Positions 29,477 through 40,769 of a DNA stretch of 64,000 nucleotides are shown piece by piece (the stretch's first letter is position 1; every line of letters starts with the position of its first letter). A program made the translations under genes and the position numbers. The DNA comes from a virus: the IMG/VR virus record IMGVR_UViG_3300042348_000780, one strand, 5' to 3'. The notes under the pieces are model-generated. The model saw only the letters and a program-made list of their open reading frames with translations, did no database searches and was not told where the DNA came from.

Positions 29477-29887
29477 TTAGTATATTTGTGATCTGATTAT
29501 ATTATTTCTTTCATTTGCTTTTCTTATAATAGGATGGTTGGGATCTACTCTTCCTGTAAGATGATTTAAATGATTATCAATTATTTTTGTAGACATATCA
29601 TGTAATGATCTTTTTAATTCCTCATCTGAAGAATTTATAGATGCATCGTGAAGAAGATATGCTGCTTTAGCTAAATGTGTATCAGTATTACGAAGTTTAT
29701 TTTTATGTGTATCCCAAAATAACATACTAGATTCTGATTCTGGATCACCATCACCATGGGGTCCAATTGCCATAGAATTCAACCTTATACCATGAGATTT
29801 AATCATATTATGAATATTTTCTACTTCATTTTCTTCATATAATGATCTGTATATTTGTTTTTTCAAACGATTTTTAAATGATTCCAT
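29477..29887 (-). CDS. Hypothetical protein, possible head-internal protein
   Basis: Divergent from 29913; N-terminus ends SLYEE. Confidence 0.5.
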   Translation of the reverse strand: MESFKNRLKKQIYRSLYEENEVENIHNMIKSHGIRLNSMAIGPHGDGDPESESSMLFWDTHKNKLRNTDTHLAKAAYLLHDASINSSDEELKRSLHDMSTKIIDNHLNHLTGRVDPNHPIIRKANERNNIIRSQIY

Positions 29888-29912
29888 ATTATTATATATT
29901 ATAAATATTAGT

Positions 29913-30932
29913 ATGAATTGGATTCACTCTGTATCAAAATCGTATTTAACAGAAGTCTTAAATATTAAGAAACCCAAAGTTTTATTTATTGGTAAGACCA
30001 GTATGATAAACGATATCTGGAAAATTAAACCAAACGATTTAGCACAATTGAAACAACTTTCTGATATTGATGTCATAACATTAGATTCAATGACAGAGGA
30101 GAAATTGGCAGAGAAGTGTGAAGGATATGATTATTTGATGTTAAATATGGATTTTCTTCCATTTCCCGATCCAAATAAGATGGATAAATTGACAGAGAAG
30201 TTCTACAACCATCCTGGTATCAAAAATCTCAAAGGTATCAATGTTGATATGACCGATGGTGATTTTTTTAGTCCACACTTAGCAAGACAAAAAGGAATAT
30301 TTCTCCAGACTAGTCCAAATGCGGTGACACGAAGTGTTGCTGAATCTGCTTTGTGTGAAATTATGCTTCATGCCAAGCAAAGACATAATTCTTATGCGAA
30401 TGATGAAAATTGCAATAAAACCCTGAATCTGCATGGAAAGATCGCAGGGATCATAGGCCAGGGTCATATAGGTTCGGCACTTGGAGAGATGTTGTCTGGA
30501 ATAGGAATGAAAGTATTGTTCAATGATATAAAATCATCTCAGTCAGAGAATACTTCACTTGAAAAAATATTCAGTCAGGCTGATGTCATTAGCATTCATA
30601 TTCCTGCTCTTTTACCAAGAACCACCAATAACAATATAGGATTTATTGATTCTAAATTATTAAACCTATGTAAAGGTACAATATTAGTCAATCTTGCAAC
30701 TGATATTATTGTGGATTCTGATTCAATAATATCGGCACTAAATACTGGAAAGATCGTTGGTTATTCGGTAGAACCTGGAAGAAAAGTTACAGAAAAACTA
30801 AGAAAATACAAGCAAGTTCATATTTCTCCATGCTCCTTTGATTCTGATGAGTCTAGAGCAAATGTAAAGAGAATATGGATTCAAAATATGATAACAGCAA
30901 TTCAAGGATATCCACAAAACATATGGAACTGA
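29913..30932 (+). CDS. D-isomer-specific 2-hydroxyacid dehydrogenase family protein
   Basis: SVAESAL, LHGKIAGIIGQGHIG, ADVISIHIP, ILVNLA, ISP; preceded by TATAAATA. Confidence 0.8.
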   Translation: MNWIHSVSKSYLTEVLNIKKPKVLFIGKTSMINDIWKIKPNDLAQLKQLSDIDVITLDSMTEEKLAEKCEGYDYLMLNMDFLPFPDPNKMDKLTEKFYNHPGIKNLKGINVDMTDGDFFSPHLARQKGIFLQTSPNAVTRSVAESALCEIMLHAKQRHNSYANDENCNKTLNLHGKIAGIIGQGHIGSALGEMLSGIGMKVLFNDIKSSQSENTSLEKIFSQADVISIHIPALLPRTTNNNIGFIDSKLLNLCKGTILVNLATDIIVDSDSIISALNTGKIVGYSVEPGRKVTEKLRKYKQVHISPCSFDSDESRANVKRIWIQNMITAIQGYPQNIWN

Positions 30933-31020
30933 TAATATTCACATTATTCTTTTTACCACTTGCTCTTAGTTTCTGGGTTGGAACTTTAGTTGGACGAATA
31001 CTTGAATTAAAGAAAAAGAT

Positions 31021-31512
31021 ATGAAAACATTTAAGCAATTTATCAAAGAGCAAGAAGAACTGGAAGAAAATAAACTTGCAAAAACAATGCTAGGATTAGC
31101 AATAATCGGTGGGCTTCAAGCAGGAGCCATGAGACACGATCCTGTGCCAAATAGTTCACAAACATCAAAGACCGTTGAAAAATCTGGTGACGAAACAAGA
31201 ACATCGGAACTGATAAGAACTGGTGCGATGAAAGCAGGAGAAAATGCAAGACACATACACCGCGGATTCTTCGATACAAAGGACAGAGAAGTGGTCGATA
31301 CTCTTGTGCGTGATGTTCCCAGCACATCTAAGTTTAAAGTAACAAAAACAGGACCAGATGGGACAGCAGTTGCTTCTAGAACAATGATCGGAAATAGAAC
31401 AGTCAATAGAACTGGAAGTATTGACAATACGAATTTAAAGATTCCAACCGATGATGTGACTGTTTCTGGCAAAAAGGATAGTTTCAAAAACATCGTTTGG
31501 AAAAAGAAATAA
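31021..31512 (+). CDS. Putative head-internal protein
   Basis: MKTFKQFIKE N-terminus resembles the T4 internal-protein capsid-targeting sequence, followed by a hydrophobic helix. Confidence 0.55.
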   Translation: MKTFKQFIKEQEELEENKLAKTMLGLAIIGGLQAGAMRHDPVPNSSQTSKTVEKSGDETRTSELIRTGAMKAGENARHIHRGFFDTKDREVVDTLVRDVPSTSKFKVTKTGPDGTAVASRTMIGNRTVNRTGSIDNTNLKIPTDDVTVSGKKDSFKNIVWKKK

Positions 31513-31686
31513 ATGAAATCACCCGATAGGTCTTGGGATTTAGATGAATTCATAGGTCTTGTGGTCTTAGGGGGACCAACCGCAGTATATTGTTATTGGA
31601 TTGGTCATGCAATATTTCAAATTATAAATATATTAGTAAACCTTATATAAGATGTGTTAAGTATAACTGAATATAAGGAACCATAA

Positions 31687-32028
31687 ATGCAGGGACAAAG
31701 CAATAATACTGATAATTTTTTAGGAATTGGTATAGATCTTGGTCTTATGATGGCAGGATTTTTTGGTGCGTTAATTTTAGCATTAACAGCAAAAAATCAG
31801 ACTCCTGGAAGGGCAATAACTTCTATATTTGCTGGAGCATTATGCGCCAACTATTTGACACCAATTGCTCTTCATTTCATGCCAGAATCCATACAGAATA
31901 ATGGTAAATACGGTGCTGCATTTATAATGGGATTTATTGGGTTGAAAACATTAGAATTAGTCTATGATTTTGTATCCAAGAAATTAAAGACAAAAAATGG
32001 TAAGATAAATATTGACATTAGTATGTAA
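31687..32028 (+). CDS. Holin-like multi-TM protein
   Basis: Three hydrophobic segments (AGFFGALI, GALCANY, AFIMGFIGL), basic tail, late promoter 31623. Confidence 0.55.
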   Translation: MQGQSNNTDNFLGIGIDLGLMMAGFFGALILALTAKNQTPGRAITSIFAGALCANYLTPIALHFMPESIQNNGKYGAAFIMGFIGLKTLELVYDFVSKKLKTKNGKINIDISM

Positions 32029-32063
32029 TAATACTAAAATTTAAATTATAAGGAATATTTAAT

Positions 32064-33107
32064 ATGAGTAAAGTGGCACTGATTACTGGAATTTGTGGAC
32101 AGGATGGATCATATCTAAGTCAATTATTGATATCCAAGGGATATGAGGTTCATGGTATTATTCGAAGATCTTCTTCTTTTAATACTGGAAGAATCGATCA
32201 TCTTATAAATGATCCAGAAATTTATAATAAAAAATTATTTTTACATTTTGGTGATTTGACAGACTTCAATAGTCTTCAAAAAATTATAACAAAATATTCT
32301 CCAGATGAAATTTATAATCTTGGTGCTCAAAGCCATGTTAAAGTTTCATTCGATATGCCAGTATTTACTGGAGAGACAACTGGAATCGGAACATTAAATC
32401 TTTTAGAAGCCATACGAACATTTGAAGAACAAACTGGTAAAAAGATTCGATATTATCAGGCCAGCAGTTCGGAGATGTATGGTAAGGTTCAAGAAGTTCC
32501 TCAAAAAGAAACAACACCGTTTTATCCTCGTTCACCGTATGGATGTGCAAAAGCTTATGCACATTATCTCACTGTGAATTATCGTGAAAGTTATGATCTA
32601 CATGCTTCATGTGGAATTTTGTTTAACCACGAAAGTCCGCGTAGAGGAGAAACATTCGTAACAAGAAAAATCACAAGAGCAGTTGGTAGAATTTATCAAG
32701 GATTACAAAAGAAACTATATCTTGGTAATTTAGATGCATATCGTGATTGGGGATTTGCTGGAGATTATGTTGAAGCCATGTGGCTGATGCTACAGCAAGA
32801 TAAACCAGATGATTATGTTGTTGCAACTGGTAAGATGATTACCGTAAGAGAATTCTGTCAAAAAGCTTTTGCAAGATATAGTATGAATTATTTGGATTAT
32901 GTTGAAGTTGATGAAAAATATTATCGTCCAGCAGAAGTAGATCAATTATTGGGAGATTCAACTAAAGCTAAAAGTAAATTAGCTTGGACACCAAAGGTTA
33001 ATATCAATGAATTGATTGACATGATGACAGATCATGATTTTGAACTTGCCAGAAAAGAACGAATCATAGAAATATATGATAAAAAATTAAATCCAACTGG
33101 CCCATGA
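32064..33107 (+). CDS. gmd: GDP-mannose 4,6-dehydratase
   Basis: [57 protein letters not shown]. Confidence 0.96.
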   Translation: MSKVALITGICGQDGSYLSQLLISKGYEVHGIIRRSSSFNTGRIDHLINDPEIYNKKLFLHFGDLTDFNSLQKIITKYSPDEIYNLGAQSHVKVSFDMPVFTGETTGIGTLNLLEAIRTFEEQTGKKIRYYQASSSEMYGKVQEVPQKETTPFYPRSPYGCAKAYAHYLTVNYRESYDLHASCGILFNHESPRRGETFVTRKITRAVGRIYQGLQKKLYLGNLDAYRDWGFAGDYVEAMWLMLQQDKPDDYVVATGKMITVREFCQKAFARYSMNYLDYVEVDEKYYRPAEVDQLLGDSTKAKSKLAWTPKVNINELIDMMTDHDFELARKERIIEIYDKKLNPTGP

Positions 33108-33121
33108 TTTTAATAAAATAA

Positions 33122-33149
33122 TTGACACCACAATTAATTCTGATATAAT
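33122..33149 (+). promoter_or_regulatory. Sigma70-type promoter (leaderless), upstream of the gp43B operon
   Basis: TTGACA-16-TATAAT, ATG 33156 6 nt downstream. Confidence 0.8.
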
Positions 33150-33155
33150 GCAGAC

Positions 33156-33383
33156 ATGAAATATGGTCTGCATTTTACCAATACCTCGAAAGAAGAAGAT
33201 TGGCTCAGGGAATCAGATAAGTCTATATGTATTTGGAATAGTGCTGATGAAGCAGATGATTGGCGTAAGAAACATACAGTAAATCCTAAGATTTATGATG
33301 TTAAAAAAGTAACGCCAAAAATAATTAAAGAAGATCAAGAAAAATATGGAAGTAACAATGAACGATCTTTCAAAATTGAGTGA
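33156..33383 (+). CDS. Hypothetical protein
   Basis: Leaderless ORF overlapping the gp43B start. Confidence 0.55.
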   Translation: MKYGLHFTNTSKEEDWLRESDKSICIWNSADEADDWRKKHTVNPKIYDVKKVTPKIIKEDQEKYGSNNERSFKIE

Positions 33384-34473
33384 TAATGAATTGTTATCAT
33401 TGAAGCATAAAACAGAATTAGATATTTCAAAGTATCATAATTTTCAGTTAGTCCGTAAAATTCAATTGAATTCAGCTTACGGTGCTATTGGTAATGCGTA
33501 TTTTAGATTCTATAATACTGATTTGGCCGAGGCAATCACATTGTCAGGCCAATTGTCTATTCAATGGATTGGAAATAGATTAAATGAATTAATTAATAAA
33601 GTAACTAATTCAGATAATAAGGATTTTATCATTGCATCAGACACAGATTCAATTTATCTTAAAATTGATGATGTCGTAAATCAATATGCATCTAATAAAT
33701 CAATTATAGAAAAAATTGATTATATTGATTCATCATCTAAAAATATCATTTTGCCATATATTGAAAAGCAGTTCGACAGTCTAGCAAATATGATGAATGC
33801 ATTTGAAAATAGAATTGTTATGGCAAGAGAAGTTATTGCAGACAAGGGTGTATGGACTGCAAAAAAGAGATATATGTTAAATGTCTGGGATTCAGAAGGC
33901 GTTCGTTATAGTCAACCTAAACAAAAAATCATGGGAATTGAAACTTCACGATCATCTACTCCAGAGGTTGTTCGTAAAGAATTAAAGAATGCCATCAGCA
34001 TTATTCTCAACAAAGATGAAAATGAATTGATTGACTTTGTTGCAAAATTCAAATCTAAATTCATGAAAATGAGTGTAGAGGAAATTTCTTTTCCACGTAG
34101 TGTAAATGGACTTGATAAGTATAGAGATTCTTCTCAAATTTATAAATTGAAGACTCCTATTCAGGTAAAGGCTGCTTTGTTGTATAATCATTACATCAAG
34201 GAAATGAAATTGAGTATGAAATATACTAAAATTTCAGAAGGTGAAAAGATTAAATTTGTATATCTTAAAAAGCCCAATCCATTGGCAGGAACACAGGGAG
34301 AAGATTGTGTAATTGGATTCCCGAATAAAATGCCAAAAGAGTTTGATCTTGACAAATTTATTGATCGTGAAAAACAATTTGAAAAAGCATTTCTTGATCC
34401 ACTGATAAAGATTCTAGATATCATTGGATGGAAGGCAGAAAAAACAAACACTCTAGAATCACTTTTTATATGA
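33358..34473 (+). CDS. 43: DNA polymerase B, C-terminal subunit (gp43B: fingers, palm, thumb)
   Basis: RKIQLNSAYG, SDTDS, AKKRY, GIETSRSSTP, C-terminal clamp-binding TLESLF; alternative start 33346. Confidence 0.92.
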   Translation: MNDLSKLSDNELLSLKHKTELDISKYHNFQLVRKIQLNSAYGAIGNAYFRFYNTDLAEAITLSGQLSIQWIGNRLNELINKVTNSDNKDFIIASDTDSIYLKIDDVVNQYASNKSIIEKIDYIDSSSKNIILPYIEKQFDSLANMMNAFENRIVMAREVIADKGVWTAKKRYMLNVWDSEGVRYSQPKQKIMGIETSRSSTPEVVRKELKNAISIILNKDENELIDFVAKFKSKFMKMSVEEISFPRSVNGLDKYRDSSQIYKLKTPIQVKAALLYNHYIKEMKLSMKYTKISEGEKIKFVYLKKPNPLAGTQGEDCVIGFPNKMPKEFDLDKFIDREKQFEKAFLDPLIKILDIIGWKAEKTNTLESLFI

Positions 34474-34481
34474 GGTAAAAC

Positions 34482-35510
34482 ATGTCTGATTTTTTAAGCA
34501 AAATGATTAAATCTTCTGGTAATAAATTCGCATCTATCGTTGATGATGGTCTTGATGGAAGCGATGTTACTGGTTTCACTGATACTGGTAGTATGATGCT
34601 AAATGCACTTCTGTCAGGATCACTTTATGGTGGTATGGCAAACAACAAAATCGTAGCATTGGCAGGAGAAGCCGCCACTGGTAAAACTTATTTTACCATC
34701 GGTATTCTTTCAAAGTTCCTTCAAGATAATCCTGAAGGCGTTGTAGTATACTTTGATACAGAACAAGCAGTGACATCTGATATGTTCAAGAGTCGTGGTG
34801 TTGATCCTAAACGTGTTGCTGTATTTCCTGTAGCAACAATCGAAGAATTTAGATTCCAATCAATTAAAATCGTAGATGATTATTTGAATGAAGAAGAATC
34901 TAATAGGAAGCCTATGATGATTGTTCTTGATTCTCTTGGTATGTTGTCAACCTCTAAAGAAATCAATGATACAACAGAAGGTAAAGAAGTTCGTGATATG
35001 ACACGTGCTCAAGTTATCAAGTCTACTTTCCGAGTCTTGACTCTAAAACTTGGAAAGGCAAAGATTCCAATGATTATGACTAATCATACGTACTCCATCG
35101 TGGGTGCTTATGTTCCTACCTCTGAAATGGGTGGTGGTACAGGTCTTAAGTATGCTGCATCAACAATTGTATATTTGAGTAAGAAGAAGGATAAGGATAG
35201 TGAAGGTGATATTGTTGGTAATATCATTAATTGTAAGTTGTATAAATCACGCTTCACTAAAGAAAATAAAACTGTTTCGGTTAAACTGAATTACGAAACT
35301 GGTCTTGATCGTTATTATGGATTAGTTGACCTTGCTCTTGAATCTGGTGTCTTTACAAAGACAAGTACTCGTATTACACTACCAGATGGAAGCACTGCAT
35401 TTGAAAAGAACATCTACGAAAATCCAGAAAAGTATTTCACAAAAGAAGTTCTAGAAAAATTGGAAAAAGCAGCAAGTAAAGAATTTAAATATGGCTCAAG
35501 TGAACTTTGA
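34482..35510 (+). CDS. uvsX: RecA-like recombinase UvsX
   Basis: [45 protein letters not shown]. Confidence 0.93.
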   Translation: MSDFLSKMIKSSGNKFASIVDDGLDGSDVTGFTDTGSMMLNALLSGSLYGGMANNKIVALAGEAATGKTYFTIGILSKFLQDNPEGVVVYFDTEQAVTSDMFKSRGVDPKRVAVFPVATIEEFRFQSIKIVDDYLNEEESNRKPMMIVLDSLGMLSTSKEINDTTEGKEVRDMTRAQVIKSTFRVLTLKLGKAKIPMIMTNHTYSIVGAYVPTSEMGGGTGLKYAASTIVYLSKKKDKDSEGDIVGNIINCKLYKSRFTKENKTVSVKLNYETGLDRYYGLVDLALESGVFTKTSTRITLPDGSTAFEKNIYENPEKYFTKEVLEKLEKAASKEFKYGSSEL

Positions 35511-36888
35511 AAAAATCATCTTACATAATCTAATTAAAAATGAAGTATATTCACGAAAGATTACTCCATTTTTATCTAAAGATTATTTTCACAATCGTAT
35601 AGATAAAATTCTATTTGGAATCATTACAGAATTCATTCTGCAATATAATAATTTGCCATCAAAGGATGCTTTGTTGGTTATTGTAGATAAGAATAAGTCA
35701 TTGAATGAAGATGATCATGATAAGATTCTTGAATTGATATATGAAATTGATCAAACAAGAGAAGAGTCTGATTTAACATGGTTGTATGAAGAGACAGAAA
35801 ACTTCTGTAAAGAGAAGGCAGTCTATAATGCGATCATGGAATCTATCCATATCATCGATGGGAAAAAGGAAACACCTAAAACGGCTATCCCAGATATTCT
35901 CTCGAAAGCACTGGCAGTATCTTTTGATTCTCATATTGGTCATGATTATTATGAGGATTATGGAAAGCGATTTGATTTTTATCACACAGAAGAAAAACGA
36001 ATTGCATTTGATCTAGAATATTTTAATATGATCACACGGGGTGGTATGCCTTCAAAAACACTATCTGTCGTCATGGCAGGAACTGGTGTGGGTAAATCAT
36101 TGTTCTTGTGTCACCATGCTGCTAATTGTCTGAAGAATCATCAAAATGTGTTGTATATCACATGTGAAATGTCAGAAGAAAAGATTGCAGAACGAATTGA
36201 CGCAAATATTCTTGATATTACTATGGACGAATTAAAAACCCTACCATTACAACTTTATGAGAAGAAAATTCAGAATGCTTGTTCTGGGTTTAAGGGTAAA
36301 TTAATTATTAAAGAATATCCAACAGCAACCGCAAGTGCAAATCATTTTAGATTTCTATTGGATGAACTTTGGTTAAAGAAAAAATTTAAACCAGATGTTA
36401 TATTTATTGATTACTTAAATATTTGTGCGTCATCACGAATCAAGGGTGGTTCTAATGTAAATTCTTATACTTATGTAAAAGCAATTGCTGAAGAATTACG
36501 TGGTATTGCAGTTGAGTATAATGTACCGTTATTTACGGCTACACAGACAAATCGTGATGGTTATTCTAACAGTGATCCTGATCTTACAAATACTTCTGAA
36601 TCTTTTGGTCTTCCAGCAACAGCAGATTTTATGTTTGCTTTAATTAGCACAGAAGAACTAGAAGAAATGAATCAAGTAATGGTAAAACAATTAAAGAACC
36701 GTTATAATGATACTTATCAGAATCGTAAATTTATCATTGGAATCAATCGACCAAAGATGAAATTGTTTGATGTTGAAAAATCAACAGCTGTTGTAATGAA
36801 GAAAAAAGAAACTCCTGATACTTTCTTTATAGAAAAACCAAAAAAGCCATCATTGAATAAAACAAATGTTTCTGAATGGAATTTCTGA
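35491..36888 (+). CDS. 41: DnaB-like replicative helicase gp41
   Basis: [41 protein letters not shown]. Confidence 0.95.
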   Translation: MAQVNFEKIILHNLIKNEVYSRKITPFLSKDYFHNRIDKILFGIITEFILQYNNLPSKDALLVIVDKNKSLNEDDHDKILELIYEIDQTREESDLTWLYEETENFCKEKAVYNAIMESIHIIDGKKETPKTAIPDILSKALAVSFDSHIGHDYYEDYGKRFDFYHTEEKRIAFDLEYFNMITRGGMPSKTLSVVMAGTGVGKSLFLCHHAANCLKNHQNVLYITCEMSEEKIAERIDANILDITMDELKTLPLQLYEKKIQNACSGFKGKLIIKEYPTATASANHFRFLLDELWLKKKFKPDVIFIDYLNICASSRIKGGSNVNSYTYVKAIAEELRGIAVEYNVPLFTATQTNRDGYSNSDPDLTNTSESFGLPATADFMFALISTEELEEMNQVMVKQLKNRYNDTYQNRKFIIGINRPKMKLFDVEKSTAVVMKKKETPDTFFIEKPKKPSLNKTNVSEWNF

Positions 36889-37886
36889 TGTCAATATTTG
36901 TTGATAAAAAATATATTAATTTAATATCTGGTCACTTTGAAAAATTTAAATGGAAAAGTGATAAGTTAGCAAATTGTAGATGTAAATTTTGTGGTGATTC
37001 AACCACAAACAAAAATAAGGCACGTGGTTATTTTTATGTAAAAAATAATAGTTTTTTCTACAAGTGTCATAATTGTAATATTGGTTATAGTCTTTATAGC
37101 ATAATCAATGAAGTCTCACCTTCATTGAGTAAAGAATATAACGCAGAAAACTTTCTTGAAAGAAATAATTTTAAGAAAGATACTGTTCGTGTAGAAATTC
37201 CAGCCCCCATTGAGATTAAACATCATTTAAATATTATTCCAATCACAGAACTGGAAGAATCCCATAAGGCAAGGAAATTTATTCAGGACAGAAAGATTCC
37301 AGTAGAACATTGGAAAAATATCGGATTTGCAAAGAATTTTGCAAAAATTGCAGAAGAATTCGATTCGTCATATAAAAATAGATTTGCTGATGAAGAAAGA
37401 ATCATAATTCTTATTCGTAGTCAGATGGGTATCTGTGGAATACAAGGACGTTCATTTTCGAATAACCGAATGAAGTATATAACCTTAAAGAAAGAAAATA
37501 GATCATGTTTTTACAACTACGATATGGTTGATAAATCAAAAAAATTTTATGTTCTTGAAGGTCCAATTGATTCTATGTTTATTGATAATTCTATAGCAAC
37601 ACTTGGAATGAGCGGATTTAAGACATTGAATGAAAAGATAGACGATACAAATGCGGTGTATGTTGTAGATAATCAGCCTTATAACAAAGAGGTTGTTGAT
37701 ACAATTGAATATTTAATTGAAAATGGCAAAAAGGTTTGCATATTTCCAGAAAATATCAAGGAAAAAGATATTAATGATATGGTTCTTGCAAATTTGAAAC
37801 CAAACGATATAATAGACGAACATACTTATAGTGGATTGGAAGCTAGATTAGTATTTAATAACTGGAAAAAATATGCAAAACGATGA
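36888..37886 (+). CDS. 61: DNA primase gp61
   Basis: CKFCGDS...YKCHNC zinc ribbon, QGRS, EGPIDS, KDINDM TOPRIM motifs. Confidence 0.93.
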   Translation: MSIFVDKKYINLISGHFEKFKWKSDKLANCRCKFCGDSTTNKNKARGYFYVKNNSFFYKCHNCNIGYSLYSIINEVSPSLSKEYNAENFLERNNFKKDTVRVEIPAPIEIKHHLNIIPITELEESHKARKFIQDRKIPVEHWKNIGFAKNFAKIAEEFDSSYKNRFADEERIIILIRSQMGICGIQGRSFSNNRMKYITLKKENRSCFYNYDMVDKSKKFYVLEGPIDSMFIDNSIATLGMSGFKTLNEKIDDTNAVYVVDNQPYNKEVVDTIEYLIENGKKVCIFPENIKEKDINDMVLANLKPNDIIDEHTYSGLEARLVFNNWKKYAKR

Positions 37887-38070
37887 TAATAATGAAGATG
37901 AAAAGATGATGGAAGCGTTTATGTCATTCACATCTCTCTTTTCAAAATATGTAAAGGAAAACGATATTGATCTTTTCAAAAGGGCTGTTGATTATGCAAA
38001 GACCTATACTGAAGAAGATGTAAGTGGTATTGTTTTCAACTATGTTGATGAGGAGCCAAATGAACAATAA
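37873..38070 (+). CDS. Small acidic hypothetical protein
   Basis: ORF between primase and thyX. Confidence 0.55.
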   Translation: MQNDDNNEDEKMMEAFMSFTSLFSKYVKENDIDLFKRAVDYAKTYTEEDVSGIVFNYVDEEPNEQ

Positions 38071-38758
38071 GATTGATGTTTTAGATTATGGGCATGTTGA
38101 GTTGATTTCCCATATGGGAGATGATCTTACTGTTGTAAATTCAGCACGTGTTTCTTTCAACAAGGAAAGTGAATGGGATCACCCAGATAGTCATGTCCCT
38201 TGCAATATCCTGTCAGAAAAGGACAAGAAACTTATCAATTATCTGGCAAAACATCAACATTGGACTCCATTTGCACATCCACAGATTACGCTTCGAATCA
38301 AGGCTCCTATTTTTGTTCGTGCTCAACTAGGAAAACACCAAGTTGGTCTTGTAATGAATGAGGTTTCCCGTAGATATGTTACGGATGAACCACAATTCTA
38401 TATTCCATTATGGAGAAATGCACCAACCAATGGTGCAAAACAGGGTAGTTCTGGTGTCATGAAATACCCAGGAGATCTTACCCAGAAATTTGAAAATTTC
38501 TGTGATGATGCCTTGGATCTATACAAGGAACTTTTACACGCAGGAGTAGCCCCAGAACAGGCCCGTGCAGCCCTTCCACAGTCCATGTACACCGAATGGT
38601 GGTGGACAGGCTCCCTATCGGCCTACAGCCGCGTATACGCCCAAAGAATTGATTCCCATGCTCAATGGGAGGTACAGCAGTATGCTAAGGCCATGGGAGA
38701 ACTAATTGGGCCACTATTTCCAGTGTCATGGAAAACATTAACAGAAACAACTAAATAA
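38060..38758 (+). CDS. thyX: FAD-dependent thymidylate synthase
   Basis: NSARVSF, HWTPFAH, NEVSRRYV, PEQAR..LP, HAQWE; SD GAGGAG before ATG 38060. Confidence 0.93.
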   Translation: MNNKIDVLDYGHVELISHMGDDLTVVNSARVSFNKESEWDHPDSHVPCNILSEKDKKLINYLAKHQHWTPFAHPQITLRIKAPIFVRAQLGKHQVGLVMNEVSRRYVTDEPQFYIPLWRNAPTNGAKQGSSGVMKYPGDLTQKFENFCDDALDLYKELLHAGVAPEQARAALPQSMYTEWWWTGSLSAYSRVYAQRIDSHAQWEVQQYAKAMGELIGPLFPVSWKTLTETTK

Positions 38759-38778
38759 GAAGCATTTAAGGAGCATGA

Positions 38779-40704
38779 ATGAATAATTTACCAAGTCAGT
38801 ATCAGGAATTTATTTACAAGTCACGTTATTCTCGCTGGATAGAATCAGAAAATAGACGAGAAGAGTGGCCAGAGACAGTAAAGCGTTATTTTGATTTTTT
38901 TGAGTCACATCTTAAGGAAAATCAAAGTTATATCTTATCAGCAGAACTTCGTTCTGAACTCGAATCAGCGGTTCTAAATTTAGAGGTAATGCCATCCATG
39001 CGGGCTTTAATGACCGCAGGAGAGGCTTTGAAACGAGATAACGTAGCAGGATATAATTGCTCTTATGTGGCCGTAAATAATATTCGTGCCTTTGATGAAA
39101 TTCTATACGTCCTCATGTGTGGTACTGGCGTTGGATTTAGTGTGGAGAGACAATATGTTGAGAAACTTCCTACAATCGCTGAACACTTTACTAATTCAGA
39201 TACCACTATTATCGTTCAGGACAGCAAAGTTGGTTGGGCTAAAGCATATCGGGAACTCGTATCCCTACTTATTGGAGGTCAAATTCCAAAATGGGATGTG
39301 TCTAAAGTACGTCCTGCTGGTGCAAGACTCAAAACATTTGGTGGTCGAGCTTCGGGGCCAAGACCCCTCGTTGATCTCTTTCAATTCACCGTTGATACTT
39401 TTAAGAGAGCGGCAGGAAGAAAGCTTACTTCCATCGAATGTCACGATATTGTTTGCAAGATCGCAGAGATTGTCGTTGTCGGAGGCGTTAGACGCTCTGC
39501 GCTTATTTCTTTGTCCAATCTCACGGACGAACGAATGCGAGATGCTAAAAGCGGTGCTTGGTGGGAACAAAACCCTCAACGAGCCTTGGCAAATAATTCA
39601 GTTGCCTATAAAGAGAAGCCAGAAATTGGAATTTTCATGGAAGAATGGATCTCTCTCTATAAGTCCAAAAGTGGTGAAAGAGGCATCTTCAATAGAGAAG
39701 CGGCAAAGAAAACTGTTGCAAAACTAGGTGATCGTCGTGATTCTTCCTATGACTTCGGAACGAATCCATGTTCAGAAATTATTCTTCGTGATCGTGAATT
39801 CTGTAATCTTACAGAAGTTGTAATTCGTGCGGATGATACACAAGATAGTGTTGCTCGCAAGATACGAATTGCAAGTATTCTTGGTACTTGGCAAGCATCA
39901 CTTACCCACTTCCCGTATCTCTCTTCTACATGGAAGAAGAATTGTGAAGAAGAAGCACTCCTTGGTGTTTCTCTTACAGGTATTTTAGATAATCCATTAA
40001 TGGGTAGTAAGGATCACCGTCTATTATCTGGAGTTCTAGAAGATCTTAAGAAAGTAGCAATTGATGCAAACAAGGAATGGTCTGATAAACTTGGTATAAA
40101 TCCTGCTGCTGCAATTACTTGTGTAAAGCCTTCGGGAACAGTTAGTCAATTGACCGATGCTGCGTCTGGTATTCATGCTCGTCACAGCGAATATTACATT
40201 CGTACAGTTCGTGCGGATCGTAAGGATCCATTGTGTCAGATGATGATTGATCTTGGATTCCCCGCAGAACCATGCGTAATGAAACCAGATCATACAATGG
40301 TATTCTCATTCCCAATGAAGGCAGTTGGTTCAATTACTCGTAATGATTTGACTGCAATTGAACATCTTGAATTGTGGTTGACATATCAACGTCATTGGTG
40401 TGAACATAAACCATCCATTACCATAACTGTTCGTGAACATGAATGGATGGAGGTTGGTGCTTGGGTATATAAGCACTTCGATGAGATTAGCGGTATTTCT
40501 TTCTTACCACACTCCGATCACTCATATCGTCAAGCACCATATCAGGAATGCACTGAGATCGCATATACTACATTATCTGTGGAAATGCCTAAGAATGTAG
40601 ATTGGTCGCTTCTCAAGAATTATGAAAAAGAAGATAAGACTGTAGGTACACAGACATATGCGTGTAGTGGTGATAAATGTGAACTTGTTGATCTTACTAC
40701 ATAA
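38779..40704 (+). CDS. nrdJ: Class II (B12-dependent) ribonucleotide reductase
   Basis: YNCS, GGVRRSA, TNPCSEI, TCVKPSGTVS, C-terminal CSGDKC; no adjacent beta subunit. Confidence 0.9.
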   Translation: MNNLPSQYQEFIYKSRYSRWIESENRREEWPETVKRYFDFFESHLKENQSYILSAELRSELESAVLNLEVMPSMRALMTAGEALKRDNVAGYNCSYVAVNNIRAFDEILYVLMCGTGVGFSVERQYVEKLPTIAEHFTNSDTTIIVQDSKVGWAKAYRELVSLLIGGQIPKWDVSKVRPAGARLKTFGGRASGPRPLVDLFQFTVDTFKRAAGRKLTSIECHDIVCKIAEIVVVGGVRRSALISLSNLTDERMRDAKSGAWWEQNPQRALANNSVAYKEKPEIGIFMEEWISLYKSKSGERGIFNREAAKKTVAKLGDRRDSSYDFGTNPCSEIILRDREFCNLTEVVIRADDTQDSVARKIRIASILGTWQASLTHFPYLSSTWKKNCEEEALLGVSLTGILDNPLMGSKDHRLLSGVLEDLKKVAIDANKEWSDKLGINPAAAITCVKPSGTVSQLTDAASGIHARHSEYYIRTVRADRKDPLCQMMIDLGFPAEPCVMKPDHTMVFSFPMKAVGSITRNDLTAIEHLELWLTYQRHWCEHKPSITITVREHEWMEVGAWVYKHFDEISGISFLPHSDHSYRQAPYQECTEIAYTTLSVEMPKNVDWSLLKNYEKEDKTVGTQTYACSGDKCELVDLTT

Positions 40705-40738
40705 CAATAACCCCACTTGAGATAGCATCTCAGGTCCG

Positions 40739-40769
40739 ACAACCCCCTACTAGTGGGGGTTGTTTCTTT
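40739..40769 (+). terminator. Rho-independent terminator after nrdJ
   Basis: acaaccccc-tactagt-gggggttgt plus T-rich tail. Confidence 0.75.

Noticed and set aside
25300-33450. Split intein or intron joining the polymerase halves
   Set aside because: No intein N-terminal Cys/Ser block or His-Asn end and no recognisable group I/II core; both halves have their own start and stop
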